DNA from: Clostridia bacterium
Lineage (GTDB): Bacteria; Bacillota; Clostridia; Oscillospirales; Acutalibacteraceae
Reading direction: 5' to 3'
Assembly: GCA_017403065.1 (NCBI GenBank)
Contig: JAFQOT010000006.1
Location: forward strand, 33,865-97,864
DNA: 64,000 nt
The notes under the pieces are model-generated. The model was not told the DNA's origin. It saw only the letters and a list, made by a program, of their open reading frames with translations, and did not search any database. The translations under genes were made by a program, and so were the position numbers. Every line of letters starts with the position of its first letter. Within the stretch, counting starts at the first letter, position 1. Of this stretch, positions 29,401-37,572 are shown one piece after another.

Positions 29401-31319
29401 GATTTGAAGTGGAAAGCCTTGTTGGTTGTTCCTGGGAAATCTGCAACCTCGAAGGTTGCGTTATAATCATTAGCACTCTTGGCGTCATTAGCATCGACAG
29501 TTCCGTTTTCAGTGGTATCAAAATCGATGTTGTAATAACCTTCAATCTGACTTGAGGGTGGTCCGCCAGGTGTTGGTGTTAAAGACTGTACGTCCCACTT
29601 ACACTTAACTGCAGCATCACCTGCAGGAGTTTTGGTCATATCGAGAGCTGAGCTTTCAGCATTTAACCAAGCGATAGTTGCAGTCTTTTCAGCGTCAGTA
29701 TATGTCTGGTTGGTTAAAATTTCAGCATAAGTTTTAGTAGTTACGCCGTTTTCACCGCCCTCATATGTGTAATATGGAACCTGAAGCGGATACTCTGTTG
29801 TATCAGGAATAAGAGCGTATTTACCTGCTGTTGTAGCACCGTCTCTTAATCTTTCGATTTTAAGGTTAGCAATGTAAAGGTCAGCGTTTTTACCCTTACT
29901 CAAAGCAAGAGATGCAGTGGTAAAGTCTTTACCAACAACCATAACACCTGTTACGGTAACCCACTTGCCTGTACCATCCTTTAGGATTTTAAAGTAGGTG
30001 TTGCCGCCGTGACCTGTTGTATAAGTTTTATTACCCATACGGGCAGTACCGTTTTCAATAACGTATGCATAAACGTCTTGGTCGCCTGACGCTAAATAAT
30101 ACTCAAAGGTTACTGCATAGTAAGCATTTTTTGCTATGCTTATTTTCTGACCCTCTGTATTATAAAGGTCGAAATAATACGGTGTATTTAAATTTGTTGA
30201 GTTCCAAGCACCGAATTCTTTACCGGATCTGTTAATAGCTGCATGATATGCGGTTCTGCCGTCTTTCTGAATAACTTCGGTAGTAACATTGCCGTTGTTA
30301 TCGTGAAGGGCAGTTGGGTTTGCACCCTGATATGCCGCATTATTAAAATCAACAGGTATTGCATTGGTGTTTATGGGCTTATCCTTCCAAGCGCACTTAA
30401 CTACCCCGTCCTTTACAGGAGATGTAGTCATATCAAGAGCTGCTGTACCCTCAGCGTTTAACCAAGAAATCATCTTCTCAGCGCCATTATCGTTATAGTA
30501 CTGAGTGTCTAATATATCGCTGTATTTAGCGGTTGTTACACCGTCTGCCTCAGCAGCAAATGTATAATATGGTTTGTCTAAAGGATAGGTTGTATTATCA
30601 GGAATAAGAGCGTAGTTACCTGCTGTTGTAGCGCCGTCTCTTAATCTTTCGATTTTAAGGTTAGCAATGTAAAGGTCAGCTCCTTTACCGAAACTCAAAG
30701 CAAGAGATGTTGTGGTAATGTTGCTACCAATAGCCATAACACCTGTTACGGTAACCCACTTGCCTGTACCATCCTTTAGGATTTTAAAGTAGGTGTTGCC
30801 GCCGTGACCTGTTGTGTAGGTCTTATTGCCCATACGAGCAGTGCCGTTTTGCATAATAGTTACATAAACATCTTGGTCGGCTGACGCTAAATAATACTCA
30901 AAGGTTACTGCATAGTAAGCATTTTTTGCTATGCTTATTGCCTGACCCTCTGTATTATAAAGGTCGAAATAATACTTTGAATAGTGCTTTTCGTTTATTT
31001 CGGTTGTTGTTGTATCGTCTGCTGTGGAATAGGTGCCGAAATCTTTACCGGCTTTGTTAATAGCTGCATGATATGCAGTTCTGCCGTCTTTCTGAATAAC
31101 TTCGGTAGTAACATTGCCGTTGTTATCGTGAAGGGCAGTTGGGTTTGCACCGCTATATGCCGCATTGCCGAAATCAACTGTAAAGCTTTGACCGTTTGAA
31201 AGTGTTACGGACTCAGCCGACGCAGCAAAGGGCAAACCTATAACCACAATAGCTATAGCGCAAACTATAGCAACAGTTCTGGCAGAAAGTTTTGATAAAA
31301 TATTTTTGATATTTCTCAT
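26448..31319 (-). CDS. 1623-aa cell-surface protein: signal peptide, six CBM4_9-like beta-sandwich modules, five of them followed by B-repeat-like modules (three clear, two variant), C-terminal TM anchor
   Basis: Module ends YI(A/D)N(L/I)KI(E/R); (F/Y)xG(W/Y)Y...(V/I)YA(R/N/S)W repeats; C-terminal VAVFVIIICAAVILIAGGVVLTVILIKNKKNK; no catalytic motif seen. Confidence 0.85.
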   Translation of the reverse strand: MRNIKNILSKLSARTVAIVCAIAIVVIGLPFAASAESVTLSNGQSFTVDFGNAAYSGANPTALHDNNGNVTTEVIQKDGRTAYHAAINKAGKDFGTYSTADDTTTTEINEKHYSKYYFDLYNTEGQAISIAKNAYYAVTFEYYLASADQDVYVTIMQNGTARMGNKTYTTGHGGNTYFKILKDGTGKWVTVTGVMAIGSNITTTSLALSFGKGADLYIANLKIERLRDGATTAGNYALIPDNTTYPLDKPYYTFAAEADGVTTAKYSDILDTQYYNDNGAEKMISWLNAEGTAALDMTTSPVKDGVVKCAWKDKPINTNAIPVDFNNAAYQGANPTALHDNNGNVTTEVIQKDGRTAYHAAINRSGKEFGAWNSTNLNTPYYFDLYNTEGQKISIAKNAYYAVTFEYYLASGDQDVYAYVIENGTARMGNKTYTTGHGGNTYFKILKDGTGKWVTVTGVMVVGKDFTTASLALSKGKNADLYIANLKIERLRDGATTAGKYALIPDTTEYPLQVPYYTYEGGENGVTTKTYAEILTNQTYTDAEKTATIAWLNAESSALDMTKTPAGDAAVKCKWDVQSLTPTPGGPPSSQIEGYYNIDFDTTENGTVDANDAKSANDYNATFEVADFPGTTNKAFHFKSDTDKHVGSISKITRLMFKDGSGNYIETTPGEKYVISYEYYLKTNATTNSNKLYIGFENRNTSNAFHILQFFPTTASKASQQYIYSAYHAIPYGNTQEGRWITQTDVVTIGTTTSGSNQKYLALVMMGGKNTEGYIDNIKIRKLEDNEQAVVVSTVSGMKLNTPYYIVTKGEDYILPTNVEYYDSASQMTFEGWYTDKDCSADKKVSSFTAVDDNKLVYARWVIAARDKYFIDFEGNGTVDLESSSTANPKKALFEVVDGANGKMLHFKAPDPNKSVADNGKSAASLALVDASGKPVTVKAGQKYVISYDYYIVTNAASGNLYLGLSARAGGEYTLGKYGNIVSTNEKQLGYKAPNDLTVVDKWSVVTDTMTFENARDCITFAFSGGKGSEGYIDNIRIEAVAADEAVVIAKSGYAQTQPYFIVKKNANVTLPKLDGAALGTKKTFYGWYADEDLSQPIGTFKTDKDIFVYANWAFAAGQRLVCGFEDDYTFDFQSGKYTKQLSRVTDYATEGKYSLKFDTNIPNSNGNPGISMYTSIPLMFDGENIIAKKGERYAVSFDYYLITPPTINIERPGITFYTGSIGYTARTIYTTQDLKEEEPILGVNTKNQAVVYQLTQNTPLEKWGTYAGVITTQRNGELALSLAGGANTDFRIDNITITRLDDNQSALTFSSFERMEVPYLIYKTNTTVTIPEIKPCNKEMAFVGYYDSNSMTTKIKKFKLTKDTMIYASWAQRLITQDFENFDEALLNPFQGFDSELYTPKTAGYNKANVHGGNNSFHRIGNGVPYSAMQIMSPKDMMGVGAIYKLTFWVKMDKTTHTKGSIAIASCHSPEYGYSRKGNYTNVINISDLTDNQWHEVTYTFVAQAQYISLRTPGMCSLFFDDFTIEYQGEGAQLSRGVQPLEDYEIEAEVKAYEKYAQAQEQGEEKIVDPNLGSRPASSGSVAGMPVAVFVIIICAAVILIAGGVVLTVILIKNKKNKEAKL
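29595..31181 (-). repeat. intragenic tandem duplication (about 0.8 kb per copy) inside the 1623-aa gene
   Basis: aa ~47-311 and ~322-575 are near-identical. A 74-nt identical DNA run occurs at 30253-30326 and 31078-31151 (offset 825 nt). Confidence 0.9.
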
Positions 31320-31440
31320 ATTTTGTATACCCGCAATACTTGTAAATATTGCAAAATATACTTTCCACCTTCCTTTCTGAAAGATTTGAAAAAGGGATTC
31401 TCCCCAAAATGTGACTAAAAATGCCTATAGCCACCAAATC

Positions 31441-31468
31441 GGATTGTCGGAAATTAACCCGACAACCC
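31441..31468 (-). terminator. intra-operon hairpin (partial terminator or stabiliser) after the 442-aa SBP gene
   Basis: Minus strand GGGTTGTCGG-N8-CCGACAATCC, 10-bp stem including one G-U pair, weak U-tract (GATTTGG). Confidence 0.4.
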
Positions 31469-31485
31469 GTTAAATTTTTTAAGAA

Positions 31486-32814
31486 TTATTTATATTCTTC
31501 TATAGTTTTATCAATAATAGCATTAGCTTCCTGAATGCAGTTATCTAATGTGCCACTTACGGTTGCGATGTTAGTGGTGATCTGGCTTGAAGAGCCCTTA
31601 ACAACAGGGTTCATAAAGACCTGAGGCATTCCGTTTGGATACAATACTCTGTATATAGTACCTTCACACATATAAATAGAAAAATCACCATTCTTAAGCT
31701 GGTCTTTCGCTAATTTAGCAGAAGATTCGTTCAGGTAAACCTCATCCATATCGTAGTTGTTATCATCTAAGAAGTAACGAATGAAGTAACCTGCTGCGAG
31801 TGGGTTTTTAGAGCCTTCGCAAAGACCGTATGTGCGTGAAGCAATATAAGTGCCAGGATAATTTTCATCAGAAGCATTTCTCTTAGGTAATTTTGTATAT
31901 GCTACAGTTGCTGGGTCAACGTTTTTATAATATCCATTCTTTCTTAAAGCAAACGCAGAGGTTAAACACATTACGCCTGTACCATCAGGGATGCCACTTG
32001 TAGTCATACCTGATGGTGTATAAGCAAGATTGCTTTCGCTTATTTCAAGTATGTACTTATAGCAGTCAAACAAGTTTGTGTTGGTAGAAATGTTTTCATA
32101 TTTACCTGTTTCGGTATTGAAATTGATCCACTGAGCGCCATAAGCATTTAAGAATTGTTGGACGTCGAGAGAGGTGTTGTTATTATCACCGTCAGCAGGA
32201 GCGTTTCTAATATCCTTCATACACTGCTTGAAGGTTTCCCAAGTCCAGTTGTTTTCTTTTATGTACTCATCAGGTGTTTTAATTCCGTAAGTTTCAAAAA
32301 ATTCAACGTTATAGGTAATAATAGAGGCAGCTAATCTATTGTATGAATTAGCACCGTTTACTGCGTAGGTCTTGCCACCAAAGGTGTAGTATGGTATTGC
32401 ATTTTGATCCCAGAATTTATCCTTGGGGTCTATTCCTGCATTTTCAATAGGTTGAAGAACCTGTAAAAGTGTGGCAATAGTACCGTTTTCAACTATAACA
32501 TCAGGAGCATCGTCAGCTGCTATCTGAGCCTGTAGCTTAGCAACGTACTGAGCTTCTGGATAAATTTCCATTTCAACGTCAATACCTGTTAAGTCAATAA
32601 AGCCCTCGATAACGCTTGCGCACTCATCTGCTGTATGGTCACGCCAAGAAGCAAATCTAACGGTTGAGCCAACTAAATCAACAGGAATATTGTCAAAATA
32701 CGCTGTATCAACGTTTGCTTGCTTGCCGCCCTTGTCTTTGTCGTCACCACAACCGGTGAAACAACAAGCGATCATGCAAACCGCCATAAGAATTGCTGAA
32801 ATTCTCTTAATCAT
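31486..32814 (-). CDS. CUT1-family sugar ABC transporter substrate-binding lipoprotein
   Basis: Lipobox CFTGC. ORF reaches 32829 (GTG), but the ATG at 32814 follows GGAGG by 8 nt. SBP family-1 architecture. Confidence 0.85.
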   Translation of the reverse strand: MIKRISAILMAVCMIACCFTGCGDDKDKGGKQANVDTAYFDNIPVDLVGSTVRFASWRDHTADECASVIEGFIDLTGIDVEMEIYPEAQYVAKLQAQIAADDAPDVIVENGTIATLLQVLQPIENAGIDPKDKFWDQNAIPYYTFGGKTYAVNGANSYNRLAASIITYNVEFFETYGIKTPDEYIKENNWTWETFKQCMKDIRNAPADGDNNNTSLDVQQFLNAYGAQWINFNTETGKYENISTNTNLFDCYKYILEISESNLAYTPSGMTTSGIPDGTGVMCLTSAFALRKNGYYKNVDPATVAYTKLPKRNASDENYPGTYIASRTYGLCEGSKNPLAAGYFIRYFLDDNNYDMDEVYLNESSAKLAKDQLKNGDFSIYMCEGTIYRVLYPNGMPQVFMNPVVKGSSSQITTNIATVSGTLDNCIQEANAIIDKTIEEYK

Positions 32815-32840
32815 AGGTTTTTCCTCCACTTTAATATTTT

Positions 32841-33347
32841 TTATTTATTAGCCGAAAAATCCCAAACTATTTTGTAATCATCGGCATATAGGGTTTCAAT
32901 CGAGTTTTTGGGGAATATAGCCAGGTCTAATCTGCCTTCGCCTTCGTCTCTCATACCTGTATTAAGGTCGTGAAATACGCTATAACGTCCCTCATTATTC
33001 TCGTGATCGTTTTTGAAATTATAATACATAGCGTAAACCATAGAGTCTGTTTTCTCTACATAGCCTACAACGTATTTTGCAAAATCATCAGTAGAATTGA
33101 TAACATAGTCATCTTCCTTGCGGCAAACAACTACATATTCTACATTTTCTTTTAATTCTAACTTCTTTTCTTCTGAAGAAGTTGCCTCAGAACTGTCTGT
33201 AGCAGTACCGTCCGAAGAATCTGTTACATCTGAAGAAGCCACAGTATCCTTCGAAGGTGTTTTTTCACCTGCATCGGTTTTGCCTTCGCCGCATGCAACT
33301 AAAGATGCTGCCATTAAAACTGCAAGAAATAAAGCTAATTTTTTCAC
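32841..33347 (-). CDS. small lipoprotein of unknown function (S/T/D-rich linker plus ~100-aa domain)
   Basis: Lipobox LVAC. The GTG at 33347 is preceded by AAAGGAG (the ORF track extends to 33389). Confidence 0.6.
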   Translation of the reverse strand: MKKLALFLAVLMAASLVACGEGKTDAGEKTPSKDTVASSDVTDSSDGTATDSSEATSSEEKKLELKENVEYVVVCRKEDDYVINSTDDFAKYVVGYVEKTDSMVYAMYYNFKNDHENNEGRYSVFHDLNTGMRDEGEGRLDLAIFPKNSIETLYADDYKIVWDFSANK

Positions 33348-33416
33348 ATTTATACTCCTTTCTTGAAAATTCGTTTGTGCAAAAGTCATAAAAAGACCTC
33401 ACATCGCACTATAATT

Positions 33417-34400
33417 TTATCCTGTAATGCCTACTTTGTCAATACTTTGTACGAATTTTTTTTGTACAATCATATACATAATTAAAACAGGTAAAATAAA
33501 GATTAAGCAAGCCGCCATAACTATCATCGCTTTTTCTGTTATGGCATGTTTTCTGAATAAAACACTAATAGATTCTTCTATAGTGTTCAGTTTAACTGCC
33601 ATTGGGTAATTCGATGATGTATACATAACGGCGAGATAATAATCGTTCCAGTGCCAGATTACAGAGAATACAGAAACTGTGAAGAGTATAACGCCTGAGG
33701 ATGGTATTGCAATACTTAGGAATGTTCTGAAAGGACCTGCGCCGTCGATCCACGCAGCTTCTTCAAGCTCTTTCGGAAGTCCCTTAAAGAACTGTATATA
33801 CATAAATATTATGATACCTGCGCGTAAGCCTACACCAAAAAGACTTGGTAAATAGAAAGGCCATACAGAATTTAACAAATTGATTTTTATAGGCTCACCT
33901 ATAATATTTTCAATAAGTCCCACTATTCCTAAAATATCAAAATCTGAGAAATTGATGGTCATAGGAATAATAATCATTTGTGAAGGGATGAATATAAGCA
34001 GCATAAGGAATACATTTAAAATACCCTTAAGCTTAAAGTCGAAACGTGCCATACCGTAAGCCGCCAATGTGCAAGAGAAAATTTCAATAACAGCGGCTAC
34101 TATTTCGTATACTAATGTGCTTATAAACGAATTAGAAAAATCTAACGCCTCGAAAGCCTGAGTAAAGCCTTCTAATGAAAACACCTTAGGAATCCACACA
34201 ATGCTTGGGTCTAAGAATGCGTCAGGTGTTTTTAAAGCTGTTGTTATCATAAATACCATAGGGTAAATAATAACGTAGCTTATTGAAATAAGCAGAACAT
34301 ATCGGTAAAGCGATACCAAAAATGAGCCTGCCTTTTGCATCATTTTTTTCTGGTAAAGAGCCTTACTCTCAGGGGTAGAAAACTGTTTCATTTTTAACAT
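33417..34400 (-). CDS. carbohydrate ABC transporter permease (MalG-like)
   Basis: 6 TM, EAA-type loop LEEAAWIDGAGPFRTFLSIAIP. Confidence 0.9.
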   Translation of the reverse strand: MLKMKQFSTPESKALYQKKMMQKAGSFLVSLYRYVLLISISYVIIYPMVFMITTALKTPDAFLDPSIVWIPKVFSLEGFTQAFEALDFSNSFISTLVYEIVAAVIEIFSCTLAAYGMARFDFKLKGILNVFLMLLIFIPSQMIIIPMTINFSDFDILGIVGLIENIIGEPIKINLLNSVWPFYLPSLFGVGLRAGIIIFMYIQFFKGLPKELEEAAWIDGAGPFRTFLSIAIPSSGVILFTVSVFSVIWHWNDYYLAVMYTSSNYPMAVKLNTIEESISVLFRKHAITEKAMIVMAACLIFILPVLIMYMIVQKKFVQSIDKVGITG

Positions 34401-34416
34401 AAAATCTACCTCCTTT

Positions 34417-35313
34417 TTATTGCCAACGGCTAGCGCAGAAACGGTTGTACAACCAAAGCACTAAACCTGTTGCGGCGCCAACGCATAAGAAATAGGTCCA
34501 AAGCATAGCAGAAGCTCTGCCATATAACTGAGAATCCATCAAAGCGTAAGCCTGCGTCATAACAACATCTGTCTGAGATGTCATAGCGTCAACTACTGTA
34601 AATACCAAAACTAAAACTATAACGTTTGAAAGCATTGGAAGTGTGATAAACCAGAATTCCTCCCATTTGGTTGCGCCCTCAACCTTGCCTACCTCGTAAA
34701 GAAGCTCAGGAATTGTTTGCATACCCGAAATAAAGAGAACTATCTGTATACCGCAGCTCCAGATGATATTCATAATACCGCTAAGTGTAGTGCTTATGAA
34801 ATCACCGATTTGCTGAGGAAGACCTGTGAAAGCGATAATCTCACTTACATCTATCATACCGGAGGATACCGATTCATCTGACTGTATAGAAGAAACGTCA
34901 CCTGCTTGATATTGGAAAAGCATTGCAAGAACCGAGCCCGCAGCCATAATAGCAGGTAAGAAGTACACTACTCTGAAGAACAAACGTCCTTTAAACTGGC
35001 CACTAAGCATAATTCCGATAATCATACTTAATATCAAAATTACAGGACAGGTATATAAAAGTGTGAATAAGCCTTGGCCTAAGTTATTTGCAAATTCAGG
35101 GTCTTTTTGGAATATGTAATTGATATTGTCAAGACCCACCCACTTCATCATTGTTCCGCCTACTACAACTCTAACGTCTGAGAAGATGTATATAAGCGAT
35201 TGGAAGATAGGATACACGAAGAAAAGCAGTAAGCCTATAATCCAAGGGGTTACAAACATTAAACCGTATCTGCTTTTAAGCGTTTCTATTCCTCTGTGCT
35301 TTTTTAGTTTCAT
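34417..35313 (-). CDS. sugar ABC transporter permease (MalF-like)
   Basis: 6 TM, EAA-type loop YEVGKVEGATKWEEFWFITLP. Confidence 0.88.
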   Translation of the reverse strand: MKLKKHRGIETLKSRYGLMFVTPWIIGLLLFFVYPIFQSLIYIFSDVRVVVGGTMMKWVGLDNINYIFQKDPEFANNLGQGLFTLLYTCPVILILSMIIGIMLSGQFKGRLFFRVVYFLPAIMAAGSVLAMLFQYQAGDVSSIQSDESVSSGMIDVSEIIAFTGLPQQIGDFISTTLSGIMNIIWSCGIQIVLFISGMQTIPELLYEVGKVEGATKWEEFWFITLPMLSNVIVLVLVFTVVDAMTSQTDVVMTQAYALMDSQLYGRASAMLWTYFLCVGAATGLVLWLYNRFCASRWQ

Positions 35314-37562
35314 GATTGTCCCCCCGATACATTGTTAATTACCAAATAATCCTTGGCTTCTACTACACCGTCGGCTGTTTGATAAGAAGTGTCGCCATAG
35401 TTTACGTAAATTACGCTGCCATTATCAAAGGTTGTTTTGCGAACGTTGTTTTCAACTATATCGTAGCCTTTGATTTTAGCGCCACAAACCGATTTGTAGC
35501 AATTTGAATATTCCTCAACCATTTTCGCTACAGTTTCTTTATTGCTTTCATATTCAGAAGCAAAGAAGGCAGTGTAGCTGTCATGCAGACCCTCGTTATA
35601 TTCGTCTGATAATGTGAAGAGCAAGCCAAGACCTGTCTGAACTGTATTAAGGAATGCCTTTTCAGGCTCATTAGAAAGGTTGATTGCGGTACCAGTCATA
35701 GGTACGTAGCCCTTGAAAACGATTTGATAGAAAGGAATGTCGCAGTCAAACAAATCGCTTTGAGATGATGTTGTAGGCGAATCATAAATTATGTCAGACA
35801 TAGTGGCAGCATAATCGAATGCGCCGTGTGACATGACCTTTTTGCCACTCTTTTTAACATTAGCAAGCTGCTGTGAAACCTGTGTTGCAACAGAGCCCTT
35901 ACTGTAATATTTTTGTTCTGAGTAATCAGAATACGCTGTGCTTGTTAAAGAATCTAAGGAAACTCCTGAAATTTCTAACTTATCAGCAAATTTAATAGCC
36001 TTTTGTATAGCTTCAGGTATTAAGTCACGTCCCAGAAGCTTATATGTTGGTAAATTTTTATCAACACCCTTGTTACCGATGTTGTAGGTTTTAATAGTGG
36101 TGGCTCTGTTGTTGGTTGCAACAGCAGAATCAAACATATTTGAGAAACCGTCGCCTGATTTTGCAAAGGCTGTAACATCCATATCAACATAAAGTGAAAA
36201 GTCTTGCTCCTCGCACCAAGCTGAAAGCTCTTTTACACCCTTTTTACCGCCCATACCTGAATGAATGGTATATCCACCGGCAATTTTACCCACATTTACA
36301 CCGCTTTCACCGAAGCCTACAAGGCAAACATTAGGGTTGGTATTTGTTGTTTTCTTAATATCCTTTAAAATGTCAACAACATCATCGGTTGTTGTTGAAG
36401 CAAACATAGATTTATAAGGAACACCTAAAAATGATTTTTGGGTTTCAGCTCCGCCCAAAATATTAAGGTTGAGAATATTTTCTTCTGCGTTTGCCTTCAT
36501 ACCGTAAGTATCCACAAGATAATCACGGTAAATATCTGCCATTCCGGTAATGTTTGCGTTACCGTTATTTAACGGATAGTAGGATACCGAAATTTTTTCA
36601 GAAATAAATTCATCAGAGTAAAGCTTTGACTCTTTAGTAATCATTCCCTTTGCGGTTACGTTTTGGTATCCGCGAATGTCAAATCTTGGATAAACGGTTG
36701 TATATCCAATATTTTTATTAGCGTAGTTTACCTGAAGTGTAGCAGCGCCTGCGCCACTGGTAATAATTCCGAACACACCTCTTGAGCCGCTTGCATCAGC
36801 CGAGCCGAAAACAGGCAAAGCAGTATTCTTTTCAATAGAATATTGAATTAAATCCTGTGGATAAATCTGTAAGTCGTTTCCGTAAACGCTTGTTGAGTAT
36901 GAAAGAGAAGCGTCTAAATTATCCTTAGCGTATATAAGCGCGCCGCTTCCTGACGGAACAAATAAATATCCGTTCTGGGCATTTTCAATACCACAGAAAT
37001 ATGGAGCAAGGTTAATGCTTATAAGAGTGTTTTTGCCCTCTTGAATTTCATTGGGGTCGATAGAAATCTCAATATGGTCGTCAGCAAGGATATAGCTTAC
37101 AGGGATTACAAATTCTTCCCTTTCAAAGCAGTATATAAGCTTAAAACCGTTATCGATTTTTTCTATCTTATAGTCCTTTTTCCTTAATGATGAGGTATAA
37201 CTGTTTGCAGTAGCTATCTCTATGCTGCCTTCCTTCATATAGTTAACCATCATTCCGGATTCAAGCATTACTGCATTGTTGATTACATTGCCTTTTTCGT
37301 CATACTTAGGAACCAATGCGCTTGAAGGAATATTAGTCCATACCGAGCCGTCATTTTTATCTGTCATAAGGATTCGGTAATTCTCAGAATCCCACGAAAG
37401 AGCATAGCGTGAGTTTTCAGCCGCTGTAAAGCTATCTACTGCTTTGGCGCTGAAAGCTTTGAACGCTTTAGGAGCTATAGGCTCCTCTCCGCCGCATGCC
37501 GTAAAGGTTGCGGTCATAACCAAGCACATCGCTAGAACAAAAATACGTTTTAAATTTTTCAT
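35310..37562 (-). CDS. 750-aa lipoprotein of unknown function (resembles proteins I recall labelled DUF5696; unverified)
   Basis: Lipobox TFTAC, GGAGG SD, start/stop coupling (ATGA) to the downstream permease; no motif I can assign. Confidence 0.8.
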   Translation of the reverse strand: MKNLKRIFVLAMCLVMTATFTACGGEEPIAPKAFKAFSAKAVDSFTAAENSRYALSWDSENYRILMTDKNDGSVWTNIPSSALVPKYDEKGNVINNAVMLESGMMVNYMKEGSIEIATANSYTSSLRKKDYKIEKIDNGFKLIYCFEREEFVIPVSYILADDHIEISIDPNEIQEGKNTLISINLAPYFCGIENAQNGYLFVPSGSGALIYAKDNLDASLSYSTSVYGNDLQIYPQDLIQYSIEKNTALPVFGSADASGSRGVFGIITSGAGAATLQVNYANKNIGYTTVYPRFDIRGYQNVTAKGMITKESKLYSDEFISEKISVSYYPLNNGNANITGMADIYRDYLVDTYGMKANAEENILNLNILGGAETQKSFLGVPYKSMFASTTTDDVVDILKDIKKTTNTNPNVCLVGFGESGVNVGKIAGGYTIHSGMGGKKGVKELSAWCEEQDFSLYVDMDVTAFAKSGDGFSNMFDSAVATNNRATTIKTYNIGNKGVDKNLPTYKLLGRDLIPEAIQKAIKFADKLEISGVSLDSLTSTAYSDYSEQKYYSKGSVATQVSQQLANVKKSGKKVMSHGAFDYAATMSDIIYDSPTTSSQSDLFDCDIPFYQIVFKGYVPMTGTAINLSNEPEKAFLNTVQTGLGLLFTLSDEYNEGLHDSYTAFFASEYESNKETVAKMVEEYSNCYKSVCGAKIKGYDIVENNVRKTTFDNGSVIYVNYGDTSYQTADGVVEAKDYLVINNVSGGQS

Positions 37563-37572
37563 GTTTTACCTC

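Noticed and set aside
30243-31199. Two near-identical antisense ORFs (72 and 71 aa, + strand) and one sense-strand out-of-frame ORF (60 aa, minus strand) inside the giant gene
   Set aside because: These are shadow ORFs within the long minus-strand CDS; the plus-strand pair's duplication simply mirrors the intragenic tandem repeat. The same applies to the other short ORFs overlapping long CDSs throughout the track.
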